DNA of 24,430 nt from Gemmatimonadota bacterium (GTDB lineage: Bacteria; Gemmatimonadota; Gemmatimonadetes; Palauibacterales; Palauibacteraceae). The first letter of the stretch is position 1. Every line of letters begins with the position of its first letter. The position numbers and the translations under genes are program-made. The stretch lies in NCBI GenBank assembly GCA_046758745.1, contig JBHIAV010000044.1, positions 1 through 24,430 on the forward strand, read 5' to 3'. Below the pieces are notes generated by a model. The model saw nothing but the letters and a program-made list of their open reading frames with translations. It ran no database searches and had not been told where the DNA came from. Below, piece by piece: positions 8,346 through 17,386 of the stretch.

Positions 8346-9793
8346 CAGGCGCCCCGACCCGTCATCACGATGGGGATGGTGCGCAACAGAATCATCAGAT
8401 CGTTCCGCAGGCTCCACGTTCGCACGTGCGCCACGTCCAGCCGTAACATTTCTTCCAGGCCAAGGTCGCTCCGGCCGCGGACCTGCCAGAGTCCGGTGAT
8501 GCCGGGCAGGACCTTGACGCGCTCCTTGGCCCAGAAGCGGTACTCGCGGCTGAGGCCGTCGGGCTCCAGGTCGCAGGCCGGCAAGGGCCGGGGGCCGACC
8601 AGGCTCATCTCTCCCCTGAGGACGTTCAGTAATTGCGGCAACTCGTCGAGGCTGAATCGGCGCATGAAACGGCCGACGCGCGTGATCCTCGGGTCGGAGC
8701 GGATCTTGAACAGGTGACTCTTCTTCTCATTTCTGATCTTCAGCTCATCACGCTTGGCCTCGGCGTCCCGGACCATCGATCGGAATTTGAAGAACCGGAA
8801 GTGACGCCCCCCCCGCCCGACCCGAGGCGCGATGTAGAGGATTGGCCCGGGCGATGTCAAGCGTATGAGAACGGCCAGAACCATCATCAGTGGGGACAGG
8901 GCTAGGAGGAGGAGGCCGGCGCCGAGCAGGTCGAACACACGCTTCGCCGCCTCCTGCGCCTTGGAGAACTGGAACCCGCGGACCTCCAGCAGGCTGATGT
9001 CGCCGATTTCCGTGACGCCAATCTCAGCGAGCGGCACCTGCAGCATTCCCGATGTATGGTTCAGGGGTATGCCCATCCGCGTGCATACGGAGATGCAGTT
9101 GAACAGGGACTCCGGAGGGACCTCCTTCTCCACCGCGATCACCCGGTTGATTCCGTAACGGTTGACGATGGCGGGCAGTCGCTCCACCGTCCCGATCACG
9201 GGGATTGGGTTTCCGAGAATCCCCGCGCTCTCGCCTTCACTCGGCGTTACGACCCCCACCGCTTCTACGGCGCGTCCCGCGCCGCGCTCCAGGCGCCTGA
9301 TGAGCGAACGGGCGAATCGGCCGCGGCCTATGATCAGGACGCGCTCCCGGTCAAGGCCGCGCCGGTGACGCACTCTTATCACCAGCCAGATGAGTGTGCG
9401 CACGGCCATCATCGTGGCGATGCCAAGCGTCGCGAGGAAGATGATGAAGGCGCGAGAGAAGTCGCGGCCGAAGTCGCGCAGGAAGAACGTCGCGACGATG
9501 GTGAGGACCGTGACCAGCACCATGGCCTCGGCGAGCCGGATCGCGGCGGCGAGCGCGGGCGGACCCTTCTTCGGCTGGTACAACCCTACCCAGGCGCTCG
9601 CGGGTACCCAGAGCGTGAGGACGAGGCCCAGGGGAGGCACGAGGTAGGCCATCGTTTCCTGCGCGATCTGAGCCTGGAACAACGGGTTGAGCGCCACGCG
9701 CAGCCTGACCGCCGCCTCGAAGGCGACCGTGATGGCCACCATGTCCCCCAGGAGCGTGAGCAGCCGGACCGTCCTGCTTCGCATCCGCATCAT
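8342..9793 (-). CDS. Initiating polyprenyl-phosphate hexose-1-phosphate transferase (WcaJ/WbaP/CpsE family, long form)
   Basis: N-terminal TMs, Rossmann-like RVLIIGRG region, AKRVFDL, FKFRSM, DPRITRVGRFMRRFSLDELPQLLNVLRGEMSLVGPRP, PGITGLWQV. ATG 9793 overlaps the upstream TGA (ATGA). Confidence 0.95.
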   Translation of the reverse strand: MMRMRSRTVRLLTLLGDMVAITVAFEAAVRLRVALNPLFQAQIAQETMAYLVPPLGLVLTLWVPASAWVGLYQPKKGPPALAAAIRLAEAMVLVTVLTIVATFFLRDFGRDFSRAFIIFLATLGIATMMAVRTLIWLVIRVRHRRGLDRERVLIIGRGRFARSLIRRLERGAGRAVEAVGVVTPSEGESAGILGNPIPVIGTVERLPAIVNRYGINRVIAVEKEVPPESLFNCISVCTRMGIPLNHTSGMLQVPLAEIGVTEIGDISLLEVRGFQFSKAQEAAKRVFDLLGAGLLLLALSPLMMVLAVLIRLTSPGPILYIAPRVGRGGRHFRFFKFRSMVRDAEAKRDELKIRNEKKSHLFKIRSDPRITRVGRFMRRFSLDELPQLLNVLRGEMSLVGPRPLPACDLEPDGLSREYRFWAKERVKVLPGITGLWQVRGRSDLGLEEMLRLDVAHVRTWSLRNDLMILLRTIPIVMTGRGAC

Positions 9794-11889
9794 AGTGGCT
9801 TCTTCCCGATTCTCATGACCGCGATGCCGTCTCGGAGATCGGCGTTCTCTGGGTTCATCTCGGCCGCGCGATCGAGGATGGGCCCGAACCGCGCCCGGGC
9901 ATCTTCCTCCAGGGCCGGCCAGACCGCGACAAGAAGCTCGGCCGCACGGGCGTGCATCGTGGCGCTCATGGGAGCCAGCTCCAAGGCGAGCCGCAGCTCG
10001 GCCAGAGCGCCACGCGTGCACCCATCCGGCCCGCCGCCGCCCAGAGCGGCCGCGGCGCAGCGTCCGATCCCCAGCCGCCCGAGGCCCAGATGCCCCCCCG
10101 GCGATGTCGGAGCGGCTCGGAGGCCGGCGGCCTGCAGTGCGATCGCCTCCAGGAGGCGACTCTCGACGTAGGCGGCGGCCACTGGTGAGGGCGTCCCACC
10201 GTCGAGCTGCGCGCGGGCGAGAACCTCCAGGTCCTCAAGAGCGGGTCCGGCGATAGTCCGTGCAGCCTCGAACAGAGCCTCGGGGCCGCCGCCCGACGCC
10301 ATCAGGAGCCGGCCGACGGTGCCGGGCGAGACGGCGCCTGCCCGCATCGCCTTCACTCCGGCCCGGGCGGCGGTCGGGGCGAGGGCCACGAGCGCCGTCA
10401 GCGCCAAAGCAGCGGCCGGGCCCAGCGCGTGCCTCCACACCCGGCGCGTTTCTCCTCCCTGCACGGCCAGCGACGGTTTCGGCACGCGGGTCCAGGCGAT
10501 GGCGAGTGCCGTGAGCACCGTCAGCGTCAGGGCGTTGCTCGGGATGGCCAGGTTGAAGTCGGTCAGCGAATGGAACGCCAGGGAGAGCAGGCCGGCCAGG
10601 GCCGCGAAGCCCACGTGGCCGTAATCGGGGCGAGCCACGCGCCTGCGCAGGATCGGCCATAGGATAACGGCGATGCCGAGAGCGGCGACGGCGCATCCCA
10701 CGAGCCCGATCTCCGCCGCGACCTCGATGTAGTCGCTGTGGGCGTGGGCGAAGGCGGTCCCGGCCCCCCTCGTCCGGAAGTGAGGGAAGACGGCCGGGAA
10801 CACGCCGAGGCCGGCGCCGACGATGGGGAACGCCCCGGCGGCCCGCGCCGCCTGCGACCAGATCTGCCAGCGGCCCAGCTCGCCCCGGAACTGCTCCGCG
10901 ACCTCCAAGAACCGGCCCACGATCGAAGCGCCCGCCCCGCCCTGGCTGAACACCAGCAAGGTCGCGCCCGCCACGACGCAGGCGGCGACGGCGAACCCCC
11001 GGCCCCGACCGCGCCAGGCCAGCCCCAGCCCCACGGACAGGAGCGCGAGCACCAGGCTGGCGATCCCCATCCGGGAGCCGGAGCAGACGATCGCGGTCGC
11101 CATGGCCAGCCCCAAGGTCAACAAGGCGCATGCCAGGAAGACCTCACGGCCCGATGAGCTGACCAGCCACATCGCCAGCGATCCCTTCCGGCCCGCCCGC
11201 GTTCTCGCGACCGCCGCGGCGGCGAGCGCGAGCGTCAGCGGCAGCGTCATCTCCAGGTAGCCCGCGAAGTGGTTTCGGTTGATGAAGGTCCCCGTCGCGA
11301 CGTCGGTGTAATACTTCTTGGCGTAGCCGAAAATGTGCTGGTGGCGGGAGAAGTATTCCGCCAGGCCGTAGATCGCCTGGAACCCGCCGCTCGTGACCAG
11401 CCCGACGGCGAGGGCACGGCGTTCGCCAGGCGTCACCGCCAGGTCGAGCGTCACGAGGGCCACGACCAGGCAGGCGACGAACCAGATCGCGGCCTGCCGC
11501 GTGGCCCACGGGTCGAGTGAGATCGGCCTCCAGCCGTCCCGGCTCGGCGCGGAGTCGCCGGGTCGGGCCGGGGAGAGATCAGCCGGCGGCTCGTACTGCC
11601 CCCGCAGCTCGACCGCCTTCGGGGAAACCGACCGGAGGGCCGGCCCGGGCAGGGGCAGCAGCTGCATCACGCCGAATAGCGCGAAGAGGGCGCCGGCGAT
11701 CAGCACGGGCTCTCGCCAGGGCACGGGCGAGAGGCCCCTCCGAGTCCGCCAGATCACCCAAACGACTCCGAGTCCCAGGCAGGCGCCGGCCAGCACGGCG
11801 CGGACATGCACCTGGACCGAGCCGAACGGCAGGGGCGCGAGGATCAGGACCGCCAGGAGACCCGCGAGCAGCACGCCCTGAAAAGACAT
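9790..11889 (-). CDS. O-antigen ligase family membrane protein with C-terminal helical (TPR-like) domain
   Basis: LAPLPFGSV, ATGTFINRNHFAGYLEM, SGSRMG, RWQIW....FPIVGAGLG, HAHSDYIE...EIGLVG, HSLTDFNLAIPSNA, then a ~190-aa Ala/Leu-rich helical tail. Confidence 0.88.
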   Translation of the reverse strand: MSFQGVLLAGLLAVLILAPLPFGSVQVHVRAVLAGACLGLGVVWVIWRTRRGLSPVPWREPVLIAGALFALFGVMQLLPLPGPALRSVSPKAVELRGQYEPPADLSPARPGDSAPSRDGWRPISLDPWATRQAAIWFVACLVVALVTLDLAVTPGERRALAVGLVTSGGFQAIYGLAEYFSRHQHIFGYAKKYYTDVATGTFINRNHFAGYLEMTLPLTLALAAAAVARTRAGRKGSLAMWLVSSSGREVFLACALLTLGLAMATAIVCSGSRMGIASLVLALLSVGLGLAWRGRGRGFAVAACVVAGATLLVFSQGGAGASIVGRFLEVAEQFRGELGRWQIWSQAARAAGAFPIVGAGLGVFPAVFPHFRTRGAGTAFAHAHSDYIEVAAEIGLVGCAVAALGIAVILWPILRRRVARPDYGHVGFAALAGLLSLAFHSLTDFNLAIPSNALTLTVLTALAIAWTRVPKPSLAVQGGETRRVWRHALGPAAALALTALVALAPTAARAGVKAMRAGAVSPGTVGRLLMASGGGPEALFEAARTIAGPALEDLEVLARAQLDGGTPSPVAAAYVESRLLEAIALQAAGLRAAPTSPGGHLGLGRLGIGRCAAAALGGGGPDGCTRGALAELRLALELAPMSATMHARAAELLVAVWPALEEDARARFGPILDRAAEMNPENADLRDGIAVMRIGKKPL

Positions 11890-11916
11890 CTATGCCCCGC
11901 TTCCCCGAGACCGGCT

Positions 11917-14139
11917 TCAGACTCGCGCCGTGCGGTCCCGACCGGATCGCCGGCGGGCCACGCGCGCAGTGGCCGCCGGCTCGTCCTCGCCGTAATAACG
12001 CCTGTAGGCGTAACCGTAGTAGTAGCTCTGCTGCTCGGAATCGACGCGGTTGAGGATCACGCCCACGATCCGTCCGTGGACCTGCTGCAGGCGCCCGACG
12101 GCGTGCGAGAGGGCGTCCTTCGAGGTCACGCCGGCGAGCACCACCATCACGATTCCTTCCATGCGGGCCGCGAGGATCGCCGGGTCGGCCACCGCGAGTA
12201 CCGGCGGCGAGTCGTAGATCACCTGGTCGTAGCCCTGCTCGTCGAGCTCCCGCTGCACCTGCGCGAAGCGCTCGGAATCGAGCAGGTCCGCGGGGTTGGG
12301 GGGCACCGGGCCGCTCGGCAGGAGGTCGAGCCCCGGGACCATGGTCTTCTGCGGCTCGGGCCAGGGGACCTCCGCCGCCCCGAGGCAGGTGGACAGGCCG
12401 CGATCGTTCGGGAGATCGAAGATCCTGTGCAGGCGCGGCCTCCTGAGATCGGTGTCGACGAGTAGGACGCGGTGACCGATCTGCGCCAGGGTGGTCGCCA
12501 TATTCACGGCCACCGCCGTCTTCCCCTCACCGGGCTGGGCGCTGGCGATCAGGATCCGGCGGGGCGGTCCTCCCGCCCGGGAGACGAGCAGCGCCGTGCG
12601 CAGCTCGCGGAACGCCTCCGACGCCTTCGATTTCGGATCGTCGTGGGCGATCCGATCGATCGTCGCGCCCCGGCCGGGATCGCGCTCCTTCCCCTTGATC
12701 ACCCTTAGCCCGGACGCACCCATGGTGAGCGCGGGGATCAGGCCGATGGCGGGGACGCCGGTGACGTGCAGGATCTCCTCCGGGCTCTTCACCGACTTGT
12801 CCAGGTACTCGAAAAAGAACGCCAGCCCGACACCCAGCGCCAGACCGGTGATCAGCCCCAGGGCGATGTTCAGCAGGATCTTGGGAGAGCTTTTGTGGGT
12901 CGGCACCTCGGCCGGGTCGACGATCCGCACGTTGCTCGCGGCCACTTCGTCGTCGAGCTCAGCCGAAGAGCTGGTCTCCGCCTGCCGCTTGAGGAGCGCC
13001 TCGATGGTGGCCCTCTTGTTCGCGATCTCCGCCTTCAGGTTGTTGTAGCGGATCTCCTTGAGGCTCAGCTCCTGGGTGAACTCCTTCTGCGCCTCCAGCG
13101 CCTTCTCGAGCTGAAGCTCCTCGTTGCGCGCCGCCCGGAAGGCGCTCTGCGCCGCCCCGAGGACCTGCTCGTAGATCGCGCGGCGCTCGACCTCCAGCCG
13201 CTCGCGGCTCGCCTCCATCTCCCGCCGGAGCTGGATCATCTCGGGCCAGTCCGGACCGTACTTCTCGGACAGCTGCGCGTGCCTGCGGGCCAGCTCCGCG
13301 GATTTCGCCGCCAGCTCCCTGATCAGCTGGCTCTCGAGGACCTCGGGAAGATCGCCTGGATCGGCCTGGCGCAGGGCGGCGTAACGGGCCTCCTTCTCGA
13401 TGCGCGCCGCGCGCGCCCGCGTGTGAGCGTCGCTGATGTCGTTGAGGTTCTTGAGCGCGATGTTCTGCTTCTCGCCCAGCTCGATGATGCCGTGCTCGCG
13501 CGCGTACGCCTGCAGCTCCTTCTCGCGCGCGTCGATCTGCTCCTGCAGGTTGGCGATCTGGTGCGCCAGCGATGTCGTGGCCCGGGCGGTGGTGTTGTAC
13601 TGCACCTTGGTGTTGAAGGCGATGTACGTCTCCGCGACCTGGTTCGCCACCCGCGCCGCCAGGACCGGGTCGTACGACGAGAAGGAGACATCGACGAGGC
13701 GGCTGTTCCGCACCGGCTTGACCCCGAGCTTCTCCAGGAAAAGATCGATCCGCTCGGCGAGCGCGATCTCCGCGGAGGACACGCCGTTGCGCGGATTCCG
13801 CGGCACGGACACCTCGAACTCCCGGAGGCGGTGCAGCTCGAGGCCGGTGATCACCTCGCCGGCAACGCGCCGGCTCTGGATGAGGCCGTACTGCGTCTGG
13901 TAGAAGTCGTTCCGGGCATCGGGCACGCTGCCCAGGATCTCCTGGAACGGGAGCACCTTGGGGTTGCTCCGCTCGATCTGCAGCCGGACCGTGGCCGTGT
14001 ACACGGGACGCTTCAGGAGCGAGCCCAGGGCGACGGTGGAGACCACCACGATCAGCGAGGTGTAGACGACCCACCGTCTCTTGACCAGGACCCGCCAGTA
14101 GTCCAGAAGATGAAGATCCTTCTCGCGCGACTCTTTCAT
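11917..14139 (-). CDS. wzc: Wzc-type polysaccharide co-polymerase / BY-kinase (PCP-2a)
   Basis: DLHLLDYWRVLVKRRW plus TM1, long coiled-coil periplasmic domain, TM2, EAFRELRT, Walker A SAQPGEGKT, A' LLVDTDLRRP, B VIYDSPP, Tyr cluster SYYYGYAYRRYY. ATG 14139 with GAGGGAG RBS. The 1133-aa ORF extension is spurious. Confidence 0.95.
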   Translation of the reverse strand: MKESREKDLHLLDYWRVLVKRRWVVYTSLIVVVSTVALGSLLKRPVYTATVRLQIERSNPKVLPFQEILGSVPDARNDFYQTQYGLIQSRRVAGEVITGLELHRLREFEVSVPRNPRNGVSSAEIALAERIDLFLEKLGVKPVRNSRLVDVSFSSYDPVLAARVANQVAETYIAFNTKVQYNTTARATTSLAHQIANLQEQIDAREKELQAYAREHGIIELGEKQNIALKNLNDISDAHTRARAARIEKEARYAALRQADPGDLPEVLESQLIRELAAKSAELARRHAQLSEKYGPDWPEMIQLRREMEASRERLEVERRAIYEQVLGAAQSAFRAARNEELQLEKALEAQKEFTQELSLKEIRYNNLKAEIANKRATIEALLKRQAETSSSAELDDEVAASNVRIVDPAEVPTHKSSPKILLNIALGLITGLALGVGLAFFFEYLDKSVKSPEEILHVTGVPAIGLIPALTMGASGLRVIKGKERDPGRGATIDRIAHDDPKSKASEAFRELRTALLVSRAGGPPRRILIASAQPGEGKTAVAVNMATTLAQIGHRVLLVDTDLRRPRLHRIFDLPNDRGLSTCLGAAEVPWPEPQKTMVPGLDLLPSGPVPPNPADLLDSERFAQVQRELDEQGYDQVIYDSPPVLAVADPAILAARMEGIVMVVLAGVTSKDALSHAVGRLQQVHGRIVGVILNRVDSEQQSYYYGYAYRRYYGEDEPAATARVARRRSGRDRTARV

Positions 14140-14147
14140 CCGCTCCC

Positions 14148-15386
14148 TCAGAAAAACGTCTCCGGCACGACCACGATGTCCCCCTCCCGCAGCGCCGGAT
14201 CGGGGTCTTTCCCCCTGCGCACTCGCTTCAGGTTGACCCGGATGACCGTCTGCTCGCCGTTCTCCCCCTGCCGCAGGATCTGGATCTCCTTCAGGTTGGC
14301 GCGGTCGGTCGTCCCCCCGGCCTTGGCGATCGCCTGCAGCAGGGTGATCGGCCGGCTGGCGAGCTGCTCGATGCGCCCCGGCGTCTTCACCGCCCCGTCC
14401 ACGTACACGTAGACCGGGCGATCGATCGGCACGCTGATCACGTCGCCCGGCAGGATGGGGATGTTGAGATCGGCCTGGCGCTGTCCCATCAGCTCGTCCA
14501 CGTCGATGGCGATCCGCCGCGTCGCGCCCCCGTTCCCGTCGCGGAGGACGTACAGCTCCGCGCCCGCCTCCTCGGTGAGCCCTCCGGCCTGGGAGAGGAT
14601 CCGCAGGAGCGTGCGGGGGCCGAGCATCTCGTACACGCCCGGCTTGCCGACGGCGCCGATCACCGACACCTTCTTGCTGCCGTACTCGCGGACGAAGACG
14701 GAGACGTGAGGATCCTTGACGTATCTGGTGGCGAGCTGGCGGCGCAGCCTGGCCTCGATCTCCATCGCGGTCAGGCCCTCGACGATCGTCTCCCCCAAAA
14801 GCGGCAGCGACACCGTCCCCCGCTCGGAGACCCTCACCGTGCGGTTGAGCTCGGGCACCTCGAAGACGCTGATCTCGAGGAGGTCCTCCGCGCCGACGGC
14901 GTGCTCGGCGCGGGGGACCGGCGATCCGTCCCGCGCGGCGCGCTCGAAGCGCACCCGGAGACCCCGTCCGTTCGCCGTGGCGACGGCCGGTGCGGGACGG
15001 CTCAGGACGAACAGGATCCGGAGCGGGTCGTCCCCGCCCCAGCCGACGGCCAGCGCGCTGACGGGGGGCCGCGGATCGGGGAGATCGGCGGGACCGATCC
15101 CGCTGGCGACGCCGGGCAGCTCGACCGTCACGCGCAGGCCGTCCTCGGAGCTGACCAGACGGTGCCGGCAGGTTCCCCGGCACACCAGCGTGTAGGAGCC
15201 GTCCTCCGGGCCGGCTTCGACGGCCGCCAGCACGGCCTCCGGCTTCGGCTCCGACGCGGCCGGCGCCCCCGCCATCAGGAAAACCAGCAGCGGCACGACC
15301 ACCGCCTGCGCCCGGCAAGACCGGGCGGCCCGCGCCTCAGAAGCTGTAGGTGGTGCCGAACGAGTAAAAGGTCCGTTCCCTGTCAT
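14148..15386 (-). CDS. wza: OPX/Wza-family polysaccharide export protein (AMIN-like N-domain, Poly_export, two SLBB domains)
   Basis: VGAEDLLEISVFEVPEL..TVRVSERGTVSLPLLGE, VSVIGAVGKPGVY, VYVDGAVKTPG, LREGDIVVVPE. Start is uncertain (15386, or GTG 15302 at the hydrophobic signal stretch). Confidence 0.88.
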   Translation of the reverse strand: MTGNGPFTRSAPPTASEARAARSCRAQAVVVPLLVFLMAGAPAASEPKPEAVLAAVEAGPEDGSYTLVCRGTCRHRLVSSEDGLRVTVELPGVASGIGPADLPDPRPPVSALAVGWGGDDPLRILFVLSRPAPAVATANGRGLRVRFERAARDGSPVPRAEHAVGAEDLLEISVFEVPELNRTVRVSERGTVSLPLLGETIVEGLTAMEIEARLRRQLATRYVKDPHVSVFVREYGSKKVSVIGAVGKPGVYEMLGPRTLLRILSQAGGLTEEAGAELYVLRDGNGGATRRIAIDVDELMGQRQADLNIPILPGDVISVPIDRPVYVYVDGAVKTPGRIEQLASRPITLLQAIAKAGGTTDRANLKEIQILRQGENGEQTVIRVNLKRVRRGKDPDPALREGDIVVVPETFF

Positions 15387-16620
15387 AGAAATCGTCCGTG
15401 GAATCCCGTATCAGCCGGCTGGCCGACACGACCAGCGACAGCTCGTGCGCGATGCGGTAGCGGATGGCCGTCAGGTACCTCGTCATCCGGTCGTCCCGGA
15501 TGCCCCGGAAGGGATCCTCCCCGCCGCGGGTCACCTCGATGGGATAGTGGTTCCTCCCCGTGCCGTACGCGATCTCCGCGCTGAGGCGGCGGGAGAAGAA
15601 CTGCTCGTAGGCCGCCGACCAGGAGCGGGAGACGTAGTAGAGGTTCTCCTGGAGGATCGAGAACAGGAGGTCTCGGTTGAAGGTCCCCTTGAGGCGGCTG
15701 GCGCGGCCTAGGCGCACGCTGAGCGCGGCTTCCCCGACCGTCGTGCGGAGGTCGCTCTGGGGCCGTTCGGGCGCCTCCAGCGATTCCACGCCGATCTTCA
15801 GGTGGCCCTGGATCGACGCGGACGGGTCGAATCGCAGCCCCGGGAGGATCGTGTACGAGCGGGTGTCGCGCCCCTCGCTCCGGTCGTCGAACTCGACGTG
15901 CTCGACGATCCCCTCGAGGGTGAACGTGGTCTTGGGCCGGATGCGAGCCTCCCCCCCGAGCGTCGCGGATCTCTCGACCCGGCTCAGCCGTCGCGCGGCC
16001 GGCTCGCTCCCGGGCACGTCCGTCGAGTAATTGATGTCCGTATGCCGCAGTCCCGCCTTCCAGCCGAACCGCCTGTCCCGCAGGCTGCGGACTTCCGCCC
16101 GGAGGTCGTTGCTCCTCCGCCTGAGGCGCTGATCGACCTCGGTATTGGGACGCTCCCGCACCGAGCTGTAGGCGTCCTCCAGGGACAGCGCGAGGCGCTT
16201 AAAAAGCGCGATCCCCCGGGCCCGGGTGAAGCTGTTCAGGTGGTTCAGGTCGGTGTTCTCACCGAAGGCGACGTAGTCGAGCTCGTGCGAGAAGTTGACT
16301 CCGCCGCGGTCTCCCCACAGGGCCACGCCCCTGATCCCCGCCCCGGCGGTGGCGGTCGTGTCGCCCTCCGCCTCCCGGGAGTCGAAGCGCACGTTGTCGT
16401 CGTAGCCGACGTCCTTCAAGAGGATGAAGGGGCGAAGGTAGAACGGTCCCGCTCGGCGGAGGCCCTCGGTGGCCAGGTCCGGATCCGGCGGCTCGTCGGC
16501 GGCCAGCGGAAGTCCCGCGGCCGCGGCCGCGATCAGCAGGACGGCCGCGGCTCCCGGCACGATCCGGGGCAGGAGAGCGAGGAAGGTCCTCAAGGGGATC
16601 GGCCACCTCCTGAACGTCAT
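15337..16620 (-). CDS. Outer-membrane beta-barrel protein of EPS loci (BBP2/EpsX-like)
   Basis: Signal peptide, GYDDNV motif, alternating amphipathic beta-strands, C-terminal ..FGTTYSF (BAM-type terminal Phe), and position next to OPX and Wzc. Confidence 0.8.
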   Translation of the reverse strand: MTFRRWPIPLRTFLALLPRIVPGAAAVLLIAAAAAGLPLAADEPPDPDLATEGLRRAGPFYLRPFILLKDVGYDDNVRFDSREAEGDTTATAGAGIRGVALWGDRGGVNFSHELDYVAFGENTDLNHLNSFTRARGIALFKRLALSLEDAYSSVRERPNTEVDQRLRRRSNDLRAEVRSLRDRRFGWKAGLRHTDINYSTDVPGSEPAARRLSRVERSATLGGEARIRPKTTFTLEGIVEHVEFDDRSEGRDTRSYTILPGLRFDPSASIQGHLKIGVESLEAPERPQSDLRTTVGEAALSVRLGRASRLKGTFNRDLLFSILQENLYYVSRSWSAAYEQFFSRRLSAEIAYGTGRNHYPIEVTRGGEDPFRGIRDDRMTRYLTAIRYRIAHELSLVVSASRLIRDSTDDFYDRERTFYSFGTTYSF

Positions 16621-16674
16621 CTTGTCGAGGCAATCCGGGCTGCGGGCGACCGGAGACGAGTTCCCGCCGAAGCC

Positions 16675-17256
16675 CTAGGGGCCCGAAGGGCTGCCGTCCT
16701 CATCGTCGTCGCCGACGAGTAGGCCGACGCCGAGGGCGATCACACCGATGGTGACGATCCCCCATGGGCTCGTCCAGAAGGACTCGCGGGCCGCTCCGGC
16801 CGGTCCCACCCCGCGGAACTCTCCCACCAGCTCGGCGGCGCCGGCCGGGGACGGCAGGCCCTCGATCTCCCGGCTGGCCGGCTTCTGCGGCTGGATCGAG
16901 TACGACACCGAGAACTGCTGGTTTCTCCCCAGGTCGATCAGATTGGCGGCCACGAACAGGATGCCCCCGGATTCGACGACGACGTCGTAGGTGCCGGCCG
17001 GCAGCCCGGCGATCCGGTAGGCCCCGTTCTCCCCGGTCAGGTCGCTGGTGTATCTGGTTCCCGTCTTGACGTCGATCGCCATGACGGTCGCGCCGACCAG
17101 TCTGGTGGTCCCGTCCGACTCGTAGATGATGCCCCGGATCGATCCGCCTCCCGCCTGGGCGGGGACGTGGGAGGCGAACGGCGGTCCGAGAGCCATCAGC
17201 AGCGTGAGGAGGGTGGCGAGGAAACGGTGCGCCGACGTGATCGCGGTGGTGGACAT
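16675..17256 (-). CDS. Exported carboxypeptidase-regulatory-like (transthyretin-like fold) protein with C-terminal TM anchor
   Basis: Signal peptide, GSIRGII....LVGATV....TDLTGENGAYRIAGLPAGTYDVVVE-type domain, C-terminal hydrophobic helix. Strong RBS GGAGGTGA before ATG 17256. Confidence 0.8.
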   Translation of the reverse strand: MSTTAITSAHRFLATLLTLLMALGPPFASHVPAQAGGGSIRGIIYESDGTTRLVGATVMAIDVKTGTRYTSDLTGENGAYRIAGLPAGTYDVVVESGGILFVAANLIDLGRNQQFSVSYSIQPQKPASREIEGLPSPAGAAELVGEFRGVGPAGAARESFWTSPWGIVTIGVIALGVGLLVGDDDEDGSPSGP

Positions 17257-17357
17257 TGCGTCACCTCCCCGGTAGGACTTCACCCGTATGTGCAGGTCGC
17301 CGCCCTCCCGGCGACCGGTGCGGAGCTGCTATGGGAACAACGGAATGTTGCGGCCTG

Positions 17358-17386
17358 CTTATAAGAAATCAGATCCGCGCCGTCAA
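17358..17386 (-). promoter_or_regulatory. Sigma70-type promoter of the EPS operon
   Basis: TTGACG-17 nt-TATAAG on the minus strand, ~100 nt upstream of ATG 17256, in otherwise very GC-rich DNA. Confidence 0.7.

Noticed and set aside
9794-10021. N-terminal extensions of the sugar transferase ORF (to 10021) and of the PDZ-protein ORF (to 20723)
   Set aside because: They overlap real upstream genes. Coupled starts at 9793 (ATGA) and 20561 (TGATG) explain the structure better.
12766-14412. 548-aa plus-strand ORF, and similar ones at 9056-10171, 15802-16722, 19074-20606 and 19120-20181
   Set aside because: Antisense shadows of high-GC3 genes with no recognisable domains.
14140-15318. 393-codon open extension upstream of wzc (1133-aa ORF) overlapping wza, suggesting a Wza-Wzc fusion or dual coding
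   Set aside because: The extension is Arg/Gly/Pro-rich off-frame translation of GC-rich wza. wzc has its own RBS and ATG at 14139, and wza ends normally.
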